Source: a virus. Taken from it: 64,000 nt of DNA. The notes under the pieces are model-generated. The model searched no databases and had not been told where the DNA came from. It saw only the letters and a program-made list of their open reading frames with translations. The stretch's first letter is position 1, and each line of letters starts with the position of its first letter. Shown here piece after piece: positions 22,701-27,650 of this stretch. Location of the stretch: the UHGV virus genome UHGV-0210098, one strand, 5' to 3'. A program made the position numbers and the translations under genes.

Positions 22701-25124
22701 CAGGGCAACCTGCTCTACATCTACATGGTTGACAAAATGACGGACGGACGCATGAAGCTGCGCCGTATGGGTATCACGGAGGACGATATAACAAGCATCG
22801 AAAACTTCCTCGACCCACGTTTCAAGGTACTTGGCGATTGGTTGCAGAATGAATTTCTTGTTTCCACTCGCAACGAGTATAACGAAACACACAAGCGTAT
22901 GTTCGGCGCATCAATGGCCGCGATTGAGAACTACTTCCCTCTGAAGATATTGGCAAATGCCAGGATAGACAAAGAGGAAGATGTCAATCAGCCCAACAAG
23001 CCGGACGGTATCACTACAAAGACAGGCAGCATCATCAAACGCCGTGTGAACAATCTCGCGCTCGACATTACAGGCGCGGACGCACTGAGCGTGATACTCG
23101 ACCATATTACACAGATGGAGCATTGGAGCGCATACGCCGAATGGAACAGGGACCTCAACACCCTGCGCACATACAAGCGTTTCCGCAACCAAGTTATCAA
23201 CATGACAACCGTCTATGGTGGAGGCCGTAAGCTGTGGGAGAATTTCAACGACCTGTGTCTTATGGCCGCAGGAGAATACCGTCCTTCTGTGTCGAAACTC
23301 AACAAGAGCGCGGTCAACCTCGCCAAAGGTGTAACCGCCGCAAAGGTCAGCTTCCGAATGTACACAGCATTGAAGCAGTTCCTTTCCGCTCCTGCCTATA
23401 TCCCAGAGGTGAGCACAGCCGCCATAGCAAAGAGCATCGCAAATCCCTATGGTGATTTCAAGTGGTGTCTTGAGAATATGCCGATATTCCGTGAGCGTTG
23501 GCACTCGCGTATCAGTGGCGACCCGCGACTTCTCAAATCAGATATGGATTGGAATATGTGGCGTAGTCGTGTGATGGAAATATCCTCCCGCATCGGTATG
23601 ACCCCAAACGCATTTGTGGATGCCGTAACAGTGAGCATCGGCGCACGAGCCATGTATGAAACCCGACTGAAACAATATCTCAAGGAGGGTTATCCGACTG
23701 ATTCCGCCGAGAAACGAGCCATGCAGGACGCCACAATTCTGTTCAACCAGACACAGCAGTCCTCAGAGTCACCTTTCATGTCAACTATGCAAGCAGATAA
23801 GGATTGGTTTAGCACCATCTTCACCGTGTTCCGTAACTCGGCCATGTCATACACCCGGCAGCAGTATGACGCTATGCGTAATCTCAAGCGTAACCTCACA
23901 CCCGGACAGCGGGCCAAGAGCATTGAGTTTATGACAAAGCAGATACTCCGCGATTGGGACGTTGACCCCGACACTGCCACGGATGCAGAGCGTGACCAAG
24001 CACAGGGCGCAGCCCAGAAGCGTTTCCGCAGACAACTCAAAAAAGACGTCCTACGAGTTGCCACATTCGGCTATATCCTTGAATGGCTATGGAACCTCGG
24101 TCCATATCTTCCATATCTCATCTTCGGATATTATCTTCTTGAAAAAGATAAGATGTGGGAGGATGCTTTCACACACGCCTATTTCGGAAGTGTAGAGGGT
24201 CTGACCGGCGGTGACGTAATTAGCAGTTTCGGCAATATGTGGGCAAGCGGTGAATGGAATTGGAACCAACTCAGCAAGGATATGCCGTTGGCGAGCGACA
24301 TCAACACTATTGCCAACAAATTTATCGGAGGCAAGAATGCCGAGGCCATCAATGACATCATCAACCTGTTGGTACAGTCGGGTGTTGGTATGAACCCACA
24401 GAGCATTACAGATGCAGCAGTGGCCATTACCGATGCTTGCGGCGACGACCCGGCATTGAGCCATGAAGCAGCCATATTCGTTATGCGTGTCCTGCAAGTA
24501 CCGCAAAGCCAAATCGACAAAATGTATTTTGACGAGATTGGATTGAGTGGTGAGGAGGCAAGCAAACTCACGCCGGAGCAGTTGGCACAGCGTTATGCCG
24601 AGTACAAGGTCAAGCGCGGCACCCCTCTTGCTCCGTGGTCGTGGGGCGATGAGGAACGCCTCGACAAATATCACAAGGTTGTTGAGGACAAGATGAAAGA
24701 GCGTTTGGATAGCCGAGGTGATGCCGCTGTAAATGAGGCATACGCCGACTTTGAGGCACGTTACAAGGCCGTTGATGAAAAGGCTAAAGAGGCAAGAGCC
24801 TTAATGAGAACAGACTATGCCGCAGCAGCCCAAGCACACGCAGCTCTGCAACAAGACCCCGACTTTACGCTGTATCAGCGTTTCGGAAGCCTTGACAAGC
24901 AACTCGGACGCATTTCCAAGATGTGGCTTACCTCCAAGACCCCGGAAGAAGCAAACCTCGTGGCATCTGCCGTAACCTCATATCGCGCCGGCATGGTGAA
25001 AGTATTGCAAGCAGAAACCGTAGAAAGCCAACAGTCAGCCATGAAAGAACTGACTGACCTCCTTAACGATTTCTACTCCAAATATCAAGCCATGCAGCCA
25101 AAACCGAGCCAACTCAACAGATAA
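4770..25124 (+). CDS. Giant multidomain 'polyvalent' protein (6784 aa) of DarB-like architecture, putatively virion-packaged and anti-defence
   Basis: A single uninterrupted 20,355 nt ORF. It contains, in order: a ParB-like motif region, a pyrophosphatase-like domain, an N6-adenine MTase, an SF2 helicase, a RadC-like JAB domain and an HExxH zincin domain, separated by low-complexity linkers. It is located directly upstream of the portal-like gene. Confidence 0.85.
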   Translation: MTNPINESTKWLYGKLTGLGYNVGKDVNEFDNLIRTNAESRQWAYDTARKNGLNVGKDMDEFSSLVGGTVAPPATAQAQPQQTPATASTVKPITDNTAQQATVQPAQAQGQKLTPMQQMGFQMQIDGMNARMKQQKEQFDQRMEGIKKGNKPGAFMGEREFNPTTGKMETNYYTTQGERVGSMFEQSQRNTEYNQWWENNTEDGKRHKEQRLQREFDERLATLWQRHNPTEGENAAEQAWSAAEARQKEAANRIASEIYRDRGDVMSNAAFLGGHENHIMNAAMNTHRKQVAHYTNFDLDRLMNDSWDNLGEAGQKALIDDCYKMLRYRNPGLDELVLYNQAKQFARQQSDLRLYNLAVEKNLPKGNLEYLMRKIGDMNMIANISKGIAVSSANGKTGDMAAYEAANEQYRQDGHKILDVTGTVAGFALDPTTWLSAGVGSAATKGAMWAGGRYLAGRGATAAVTNAATRQFATSMTGRIVGGVVGGAANFGTFEGVKEMENQFAHGGHVVGQDETGKYINEGYSAGAVAGQFGHGLLMGGAIGWLGPVSGNVSDKLVRGTSSTVGKVATRAGVYTGATMAEGTIFSVPEWIEGDRDGFDVWTDNMAMMVGFKAKHILKSAGGVLGDLKASFDSPANGAKNRLDFESRLRMRMDTPSDGGMALTKDEEAELKRYGYDLRDLVESAERTGDASEGNIIAKDAPEIVSRLTDMVTDPRVSEAARAKMYYYATGRKLPMSTIMKGELYEDGKGGFIVESQGANGVITSRSFKNRKEADLELQRINRQTELNSIEIGERYQQTTDFENRLQEACRTVASENGWDMVEVYRTCEEARRNYLRGGDKQFDEAQQNILRKVTDAMGEFEETGATDAMRGRINEKYGVDIDAAIRKEANRRTQAEQTAIDEYIDELIPDKAKDRPVEDADVEDITNQKSLPGGEETFDDEFGNEPIDPRFDGGEVALDYDPHQPGGEQKPIGRAVMKYKDRPVEVLSGRVVMMEDGTMIDNERSDNSIVIRDLATGEIEMVSPEAILSYEEYAASVDEAETTSEQGKAPEASVEEQSKYTSGQIKIRNSDGTETRGVLTGYVDEDGKHEYYVEGDLQHLHYASEFELDNILSDYQPDAPQEPITPKDSQGNDLSVGDEIVLSAGRTGIVSDIQPNGAVTVDHNGESVTYNEQFGDITATGLRKVTPTPVAEEVPTTVPETAESVPTTAETTENPSVPVPNSSENGNNGGVIIPTDGNIGAENIPVPAAAPQSEVAQPQAVEPTPLQRIPRDEKGEPIFEQADSPETAWDALVEFSEGDAATAKEIADTMAEEKRKAFEKAQKQKPKGKTPTEILASKKTNSAELAKAESEYLHWQKMANVEQSRQNAIRSQQEAEARQRAAERAEAEKAEREAREEAARLEREALEGIPEWHMDTPENARKRGARRYGGQMFTRQEPVQNVPGKEVEVKFSQKDLPKGRVAVIEAEQLQPSHTQGQRNPMFFIEEAQPKNRSEAVSMNAARDMAEGIRPQEITGSATAYTGAPTVNTRGEVIQGNNRSDALRYLWQNNLPEQQQTYKQYLLDNAEQLGLDTDAVGAMQHPVLVNMLDVDDADAIRLGQMTAQDTESGGIERIKPKNVAQKLGEGMRSFATRLLSSGDDEATFGQLVDRNGTEVLKWMNHVGAISNTQFQSAFDSKGSLTAEAKNDLQKVLYQAVFKGGSQQLEEMFDRLPAKAQRAILSTAFRDMDSPFAGKMLPEIQSSIIAYNELMQDPAFESAKNLEEALRTVEAFKRQISLDDRFEQYMPADNFSNFALQLAAMYKASDMSQTTIASYFNQMYDLAQGKKAATLFEEADTTEYPLAEVIKQVLGIDYEPAKNGNNNVTDGGANVALRNQVGQGGELRGNEPPANGEQTPTGTEPSERGAGTSDNSIEGGRDTNVNGGTVDVEANGGLADEITPAIGPFGEIYTQFKGKSQEAIAYLLDKKSGEAVGALHHKEIGDIDLVYGKEGTGHSDGYGLAKLAKYHPEVLNNLQDILNDMVVTKRSENRVQLESEKYQAAVRLKWDNKKKTWLLTMFEKKNSVLDNTTDTGKTLVGNGNDTATPENTVISDGKDNTSLPNEQISEEEIATQHADVEEEQTLQASIKAAASEVNTEPTPAQAEAGNYKKGHITIGEFDITIENPAGSVRKGVDADGKEWQTTMANTYGYIKGTEGVDGDHIDVFLHSDMDQWDGRKAFVVDQTNTDGSFDEHKVMLGFNDKDEAMSAYLANYDADWAQTHPGLRISETNIEDFNKWVESSHRKTKPFADYSTVSKVSDDAPATKSAPVVEGNGYKVDPKPYTNKQGKTLDTYLVTFDRDFSKEELSAIRSKAKALKGWYDRETRGWMLRSSDDAKAFAEDIIGKSDDEVADEAPLSMADMERPTEAPVKKVDVPGVFDALKTKGEAKLSDHAKTVEQPKPKKRKWISDEDAAEFDSLRDNLRNHFGKSGDMVQEDAVGYGQPQPKQMDAEVLRMGTRMTYLMMKGGLRSFSDYCEAMKDELPDIFDDMRPHLKSLYAAAQNMEEVMQLGWDEEMDDRKTVKAFDVYNFDKPEAKDIIATAQHTVDEQASQQQTEQIIQTLKDKRNEQRKKEADDTSADTEIIVDKAETTASEVESKLEAATTEQDAERLSHSIDKELDEVNKQLALLGYYEAEEVDKDFNEAYGYMRNAERKATQDAHNLATQLATDLGLTIDPKDRVRKSKYNFGSKIAHSNVAPAGGEVYIKLPLAEGRELSMTLSLDKNEPWLERGRAERPDDLVLTRIMFRVEDKTGKSTRYVTSNDFISPTSTYDELLAHIRRSVRHLLPEETVQPATPLTPQPGEDMVQMAERVSKDRKAKKPQVKPEQPIGDLFGGLFDNIDAEADKPQSVTTKTKENEKSNVQPRTKEEGRGGQQPRPNEPLGESAKHEDERTDGGRMAERGGEHTVSDTERSGSVSQPHQSERGVTEPKNTRNNHTERGVDYAPKGEKARIDANLAAIELAKKLLASGATATPKEMEVLRRYSGWGGLGAAFNEGQAWAPNPINKRLRELLTPEEYEAAVMSRNSAYYTPAPVIDAMWDIAKALGFKGGNIMEGSAGIGNIIGLMPSDISKRSDIHAVEIDDTTGGILSLLYPDANVEIHGFEKTRIGNGTVDLAITNVPFVTGLHVMDESGDSDLSKKFRDIHDFCIAKNVRKLREGGIGIFITSSGTLDKSQKLRNWLVGDKEGCADVVGAFRMNNQTFGGTAATSDIIVIRKRVNGRKSPNAIDVSTVSVARTASFEDDKGKTKDLPMLINRYFIEHPENMGGEMFFGFEQGDTYRPTSIGLFPTRTADQAGRMAAWVQRMADMDWKTEAVSKPTEQTSHINETLGEGVKEGSMVTDSDGNLCVARMGRAVPLTINKNKIKGRTKEECFKDYSEIKDALAEVLKYQTEHEDDAGLQPLLDRLNKAYDTFVERYGNLNKNNNLAWLRNDVDFSSIVALETYSEKGSKDGQKIKTYGKTDIFSRRVVEKESEPAPKNVKDGIIASIYKFGRIDPKYLATQLGKSDAEVKQEIIDSGLGFENPTTGQMEVSYEYLSGNVREKLRQAREANEAAGGGYEANIKALEAVVPMNIPAHLIEFTLGSSWVEPKLYERYIKERTGLDVKLTNAGGTWNMNEPYYTDEPKNKEMGVRSEKLDIFIPGHKLIEAAITNKTITVNRTVKDTDGTHTETDPAATTACATKVDEIRQDFKDWAREQMQSDPDLSMRMEEVYNEQFNNSVPKSIPDEFVPEHFGGAATIVGGKPFQLRPHQAKAVIRATTQPVLLAHEVGTGKTYTLITTAMEMRRLGTARKPMIVVQNATVGQFVASAKALYPNAKVLTLEDADRNAEGRRAFYAKIKFNDWDMIVVPQSVFERIPDSIERQTQFIQDVIDEKLMVLEQMQEADPSGKSQIVRAAKQEIERKRNELSQLANGGTTDKKKEKDAKKAAVTRQNAEVKAREMLDRATDDVEDFDSMGIDAVLVDEAHEYKHLGFATAMQRGVKGVDPSYSKKSQGVFLKVQSVLEKTGGKNVVFATGTPISNTAAEIWTFMRYLMPADVMKDYGIYYFDDFVRNFGNLQQMMEFKTNGKFGEVNRFAGYVNLPELVRIWSTVADTVLTREAGGVSDKIPQMEGGKATDLFMPQTRALRSVMKYVKEQLDEYEKMSGKEKKENSHIPLTMYGIAKAAAVDARLVQRDAEDDANSKCNEAVRQTLRTLEETKDYKGTVAIFADNYQRKNHETDKVEFNLFEDIRKKLIDAGVPSEQIVVMKSGMTVNKKLDIFSRVNSGEVRVVMGSTFTLGTGVNIQERLHTLIHLDAPNRPMDYTQRNGRILRQGNLHNEWGMPVRVLRFGVEDSLDVTAYQRLKTKGAIAYSIMNGKQLMDNSMENRSLEEEQDLFGDITAQLSGSEYALLKNQIEKEVRKLTAQLKNWEADQTYIHNRKRQIAGQNREAEQRIAANKTYLEKVEAATIGDITVGKLSFPSIDAMEDFFTEQNKKKAELQEKVRKDGYSSRPATSDIFISVGGFDFHVHTEISRETKSQQGSLFYTAPAKMTYSCPELGIEAMPVKENKVKNAVTEIMNDVVSGEDFRGRIEAAERYIERNNAELQSISARDGVPFKDAEALAKAEEKLAEYEELMKQEMEAKEAKYAEMDKDVEAASNIELTEEDSDDVASEPVARYSAENSNFASRYETKDGKTIGYTSENPKAYGVSEAKDGTANSGTREADIQRQGDNLLAGRNSRLNTEAGEFSLVERVFTKNGSFNFTSGEKIESADDVAFIFSALEDAAKEHAFVVYVKDGRPTVVELGMGTFTATMVDIPTASLAYNRIRPDQVYFVHNHPSGNLKCSLQDVQMLQKIEGMCDVPVSGVIINLKTGKYGTFDTSNNTGVGNKRTPENESRLTVHTLDKQIFAPDYDPMAQSLVRMPSDVAQFLNSHRMGDRAKVSFLILTRAGRIVGNIHTPFTEISSNPKEVARYISERVIQFGGESAILYGDFPMSSSDGKDYKRLKDLLAQVGGNTLLDVMRVEGNHTRSANDEGLLYEPGSEYGASQNGDIRFREVEDDAILTEFAEGKTVKAYRTMQVIDGKLYSPMATKVGGKSTPEIKLGVPEQSEEHPEIIKGTKVGRDGIEQGYVVIDKGLGKGTLTVAYNPYAHTSRTVLNDQFSSAYIRPNLVTVEVEVPESELTSGYRAPMAKDAVGEISWHSGSVSGQLAELGQPRRVILTRYDRPVRIVPFREVAEMIAAQLDGTDIAIPYNVVQPQLRSELERLGIAVSEEATGTVADASDFGKAEYVTDQEIERINAHQQEMAQTSNDAKTGHAERLSKKFGTPVRIVTDANELTNANAEQQARMRKSKGFYDPATGEVVVVLPNNANVEDVAETVFHEVVAHKGLREMIGDENYDTFCDEVYDHLKDDLKKQVDEESTRRFMGEPGKDYQHHRRVAIDEMFGRMSEKGFEDFTKAERGIWAKLKAKVLEAINKFLGSLKLPKWVKLGDNELRYILWRSHEKLRSKGDYVDMARDAAKRNELGLSNDVRFRDSETGDIWNDRSVGLEERITNAAIRLSNNQSGDLTLRNDAMKAIGGNLTSLRRAMAIQKQFDQSTVKRVADLARILMQNGYLSGMSSGEMQRLISAVKNSVGHAAVKESTQKIMDIMVDNQLRNGEATLRKLLTIRGSKVDARGVEVQGALDVDGQRTMEVVKKAMSLKEDDINDRIADALNRMSDPDQTIADKAAIEYTGLNMALDYVQNIADSKAEEKALRDGLKTVKEDKDAGRMTEDAYKQFVDATENAIRKNKIERAEAYFNLVGRLSDSLRGSIENAKAFREAEKARINEIHHNANSDMEGRPTNEHHKDNWKDKFVNNGFIQSLFAPLGTFDQILRVFGNKSAGGEGYLWNRFMRGWVDCRNKELLGVKEKFARLDEKAAELFGKGKIWGNLIRMEAKMPKATVSFWDGGEMRDHELTQGNLLYIYMVDKMTDGRMKLRRMGITEDDITSIENFLDPRFKVLGDWLQNEFLVSTRNEYNETHKRMFGASMAAIENYFPLKILANARIDKEEDVNQPNKPDGITTKTGSIIKRRVNNLALDITGADALSVILDHITQMEHWSAYAEWNRDLNTLRTYKRFRNQVINMTTVYGGGRKLWENFNDLCLMAAGEYRPSVSKLNKSAVNLAKGVTAAKVSFRMYTALKQFLSAPAYIPEVSTAAIAKSIANPYGDFKWCLENMPIFRERWHSRISGDPRLLKSDMDWNMWRSRVMEISSRIGMTPNAFVDAVTVSIGARAMYETRLKQYLKEGYPTDSAEKRAMQDATILFNQTQQSSESPFMSTMQADKDWFSTIFTVFRNSAMSYTRQQYDAMRNLKRNLTPGQRAKSIEFMTKQILRDWDVDPDTATDAERDQAQGAAQKRFRRQLKKDVLRVATFGYILEWLWNLGPYLPYLIFGYYLLEKDKMWEDAFTHAYFGSVEGLTGGDVISSFGNMWASGEWNWNQLSKDMPLASDINTIANKFIGGKNAEAINDIINLLVQSGVGMNPQSITDAAVAITDACGDDPALSHEAAIFVMRVLQVPQSQIDKMYFDEIGLSGEEASKLTPEQLAQRYAEYKVKRGTPLAPWSWGDEERLDKYHKVVEDKMKERLDSRGDAAVNEAYADFEARYKAVDEKAKEARALMRTDYAAAAQAHAALQQDPDFTLYQRFGSLDKQLGRISKMWLTSKTPEEANLVASAVTSYRAGMVKVLQAETVESQQSAMKELTDLLNDFYSKYQAMQPKPSQLNR
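9100..9420 (+). other. Domain of the giant protein: ParB/Srx-like (ParBc) nuclease-fold segment (tentative)
   Basis: Motif pair RVAVIEAEQLQPSHTQGQRNP and VIQGNNRSDALRYLWQ. These resemble the ParB N-terminal domain motifs (ParB box GxxR..A), by memory only. Confidence 0.35.
11199..11632 (+). other. Domain of the giant protein: family-I inorganic pyrophosphatase-like module, shortened
   Basis: ITIENPAGSVRKGVDADGKEW...NTYGYIKGTEGVDGDHIDVFL...VVDQTNTDGSFDEHKVMLGF aligns by eye to E. coli Ppa ([21 protein letters not shown]...[21 protein letters not shown]...MTDEAGEDAKLVAV). The signature D-G-D-x-[IV]-D-V metal ligands are retained. The R43/Y55 segment is missing. Confidence 0.5.
13690..14530 (+). 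other. Domain of the giant protein: N6-adenine (amino) DNA methyltransferase
   Basis: AdoMet motif I MEGSAGIGNIIG and catalytic motif IV variant ITNVPF (the NPPF/DPPY family), plus RYSGWGGLGAAF. This is the same class as the P1 DarB MTase module. Confidence 0.7.
16050..17900 (+). other. Domain of the giant protein: SF2 (SNF2/DEAD-like) helicase
   Basis: Motif I HEVGTGKTYT, motif II VLVDEAHE, motif III FATGTPISNT, and C-terminal motifs VVMGSTFTLGTGVNIQ and QRNGRILRQGN (motif VI). Confidence 0.8.
18960..19480 (+). other. Domain of the giant protein: RadC-like JAB/MPN metalloprotease domain
   Basis: JAMM signature H-N-H-P-S-G-x7-S-x2-D (FVHNHPSGNLKCSLQD), matching the RadC HxHPSG...S..D pattern. 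Confidence 0.6.
20790..21160 (+). other. Domain of the giant protein: zincin-like HExxH metallopeptidase (ArdC C-terminal / MuF-associated type)
   Basis: Motif ETVFHEVVAHKGLRE, preceded by VVVLPNNANVEDVA. Confidence 0.5.
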
Positions 25125-25184
25125 AGTTCAAAATGTGTCGGTGGTGATTAACTTTGCCACCGACACTAATATAATCCTCCCGAT

Positions 25185-27164
25185 ATGGCTATTAAATTGA
25201 ATAGACTAAGTAAGGTAAAACCTGCGAGCATTGAGGAAATGGACAGTGTTGCATACGCACGGTCACAATGTGATGATATGCGCAGAGCAACAGAAGTCCT
25301 GCTCCAAGCACAGACACTATACCAAAATATGTACCGTTTTCGCCGTGAGCGAGAGCGGAACAAGCGTTATAACTACGGCGACCAATGGAGCGACATTGTG
25401 TGCGTGAACGGTAAGAAAATGACCGAGGAGCAGTACATTATGAAGCAAGGAAACATTCCGCTGAAGAATAACCTCATTCGCCGGCTTGTGCGCAATGTTA
25501 TCGGCGTATACAGGAGTCAGGCAACCGAGCCGACCTGTTACGCTCGTGACCGTGATGAGCAAAAGTTGGCCGAAACCATGTCTACTGTTCTTCAGTACAA
25601 TATGCAGTTGAACCGCATGACGGAACTCTATGCACGAACAATGGAGGAGTTTCTGATTTCCGGCATGATAGTTCATCGCAAATGGTTTGGCCGCTTGAAC
25701 GATAAGGAAGATTGTTGGACGGAGTATGTGCAACCCAACAATTTCTTTATCGACAATAATATGCGCGACTTCCGTACATGGGATTGCTCGTGTGTGGGAG
25801 AAATTCATGATGTCAGCTTTGAGGATGTATGCCATGAGTTTGCCAAATCTCCGAGCGACTACGCAAAATTAGCGGAAATATATCGTAACGCGCGAGAAAG
25901 AACGGTATTCACACAAGCATGGGAACAGTTTGGATATACCCAATCCCCCGAGATGGATTTCCTTGTTCCTCGTGACGAAAGCCGATGCAGGGTTATTGAG
26001 GTATGGAGAAAGGAAACGAAGCCCCGGTATTGGTGCCACGACTACAACAATGGTGATGTTTTCAAGATTGAACTTGAAGATTATCAAGAAATGGTTGTAG
26101 AAGAAAATGCAAACCGTCTTATGCAGGGACTGGCCGCAGGTATGGAAAAGAGCGATATTCCTCTCATTCGTGCAGAGTGGTTCATGGACTCATTTTGGTA
26201 TTACTACTACCTCACTCCGTTTGGCGACATTCTGAGCGAGGGAGAAACCCCATACGAACATAAGAGCCACCCTTACGTGTTCAAGGCATACCCATTCATT
26301 GATGGCGAAATTCATTCATTCGTCAGTGATGTAATTGACCAACAGCGTTACACCAACCGCCTCATCACACTATACGATTGGATAATGCGAGCCTCTGCCA
26401 AAGGTGTGCTGATGATACCAAGCGACTGTATTCCCAAAGGAATGTCGCCGGAGGACTTTGCCGATATGTGGAGCAGACATGACGGTGTTATTGTCTACAC
26501 CCCATCCAAGAACCACCGAGACCTGCCCCAACAGGTACAGGCAAACTCTACCAATATAGGCATCAACGAGTTACTGAACCTGCAACTGAAATTCTTTGAG
26601 GATATATCCGGCGTGAACGGTGCGCTTCAAGGAAAGCCCGGTTATGCTGGTATGTCGGCAGCACTCTACAATCAGCAGACGCAGAACGCCACCACCTCAT
26701 TGCTTGACTTGCTCGACACTTTCAGCGAGTTTGTGCGTGATGCTGCCTACAAGGATGTGAAGAACATTCAGCAGTTCTACGATAGTAAGAGAGTGTTCAA
26801 CATTGCCGGTCGTGCCGGAGCGCAGGTTGAGTATGATCCACGCAAAATTCGTGATGTTGAGTTTGACCTGTCTATTGTTCCGAGTACGGCAACACCGGCA
26901 TACAGAGCAATGGCAAATGATTTCCTAATGCAGTTGTGGCAACAGCAAGCCATATCGTTGGAGCAACTTCTACAGGCCGGAAACTTCCCGTTTGCGGACG
27001 AGTTGTTGCAGTCTATCCAATCGCAGAAAGAACAGTTGGAGGCCGGGCAGGTGCCGGAGGGCGTATCACCGCAACTCATGGCACAGGCACAGCAAGGCGC
27101 AAACATGGATGCCGTCAACCAACTTCAAGGAGCAATGAAAGGCCAACAGCCGCAGGTTGCATAG
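25185..27164 (+). CDS. Putative portal protein (659 aa)
   Basis: The size and the position between the giant internal-protein gene and the terminase/scaffold/capsid genes fit a portal. The C-terminus is Q-rich. Assignment is positional; no diagnostic motif could be verified. Confidence 0.45.
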   Translation: MAIKLNRLSKVKPASIEEMDSVAYARSQCDDMRRATEVLLQAQTLYQNMYRFRRERERNKRYNYGDQWSDIVCVNGKKMTEEQYIMKQGNIPLKNNLIRRLVRNVIGVYRSQATEPTCYARDRDEQKLAETMSTVLQYNMQLNRMTELYARTMEEFLISGMIVHRKWFGRLNDKEDCWTEYVQPNNFFIDNNMRDFRTWDCSCVGEIHDVSFEDVCHEFAKSPSDYAKLAEIYRNARERTVFTQAWEQFGYTQSPEMDFLVPRDESRCRVIEVWRKETKPRYWCHDYNNGDVFKIELEDYQEMVVEENANRLMQGLAAGMEKSDIPLIRAEWFMDSFWYYYYLTPFGDILSEGETPYEHKSHPYVFKAYPFIDGEIHSFVSDVIDQQRYTNRLITLYDWIMRASAKGVLMIPSDCIPKGMSPEDFADMWSRHDGVIVYTPSKNHRDLPQQVQANSTNIGINELLNLQLKFFEDISGVNGALQGKPGYAGMSAALYNQQTQNATTSLLDLLDTFSEFVRDAAYKDVKNIQQFYDSKRVFNIAGRAGAQVEYDPRKIRDVEFDLSIVPSTATPAYRAMANDFLMQLWQQQAISLEQLLQAGNFPFADELLQSIQSQKEQLEAGQVPEGVSPQLMAQAQQGANMDAVNQLQGAMKGQQPQVA

Positions 27165-27188
27165 TTTAAGAACATAATCAATACGACA

Positions 27189-27650
27189 ATGAAAGATAAC
27201 AAAACAAAGAAAACGATTTGCATCGACTTTGATGGTGTGCTCCATGATTACTCAAACGGTTTTCAAGGTAAAGATGTATTCGGCGACATGATACCGAATG
27301 CTGACGATGGCACACAGGTACTACACGAAAAAGGGTGGAAGATTATTATCTACACTACACGCCCTAAGACGGCTGCTCTCGAAAAATGGCTTAAAGACCA
27401 CAAGATTGCATACGACTACATTAACGAGAACCCCGACCAACCCGATGACTCAAAGGGTGGAAAGCTCATTGCCGACATCTATCTTGATGATAGAGGTATG
27501 ACATTCCGAGGCCGTTGGGATAAATGGCTTATTGGAGATATTGCTGCTTTCAAACCAAGTGGCAGTCCTGGTGTAAAGGACGAAATGGAGAAAGAATATA
27601 ATGTCGCCAAGAAAAGCATCATCGAACTTGCAAAGTGCGCTAAATGCTAA
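27189..27650 (+). CDS. HAD-superfamily phosphatase, 5'(3')-deoxyribonucleotidase-like (153 aa)
   Basis: HAD motif I in ICIDFDGVLHDY (DxDGV) and a C-terminal IADIYLDDR acidic motif. Phage nucleotidases of this type are common. Confidence 0.5.
   Translation: MKDNKTKKTICIDFDGVLHDYSNGFQGKDVFGDMIPNADDGTQVLHEKGWKIIIYTTRPKTAALEKWLKDHKIAYDYINENPDQPDDSKGGKLIADIYLDDRGMTFRGRWDKWLIGDIAAFKPSGSPGVKDEMEKEYNVAKKSIIELAKCAKC

Noticed and set aside
5031-24674. Numerous 60-230 aa ORFs on both strands inside the 4770..25124 gene (for example 17256..17954 -, 22911..23504 -, 24087..24674 -)
   Set aside because: They are shadow ORFs of a long GC-balanced coding region. None has motifs, and all are nested in the continuous 6784 aa frame.
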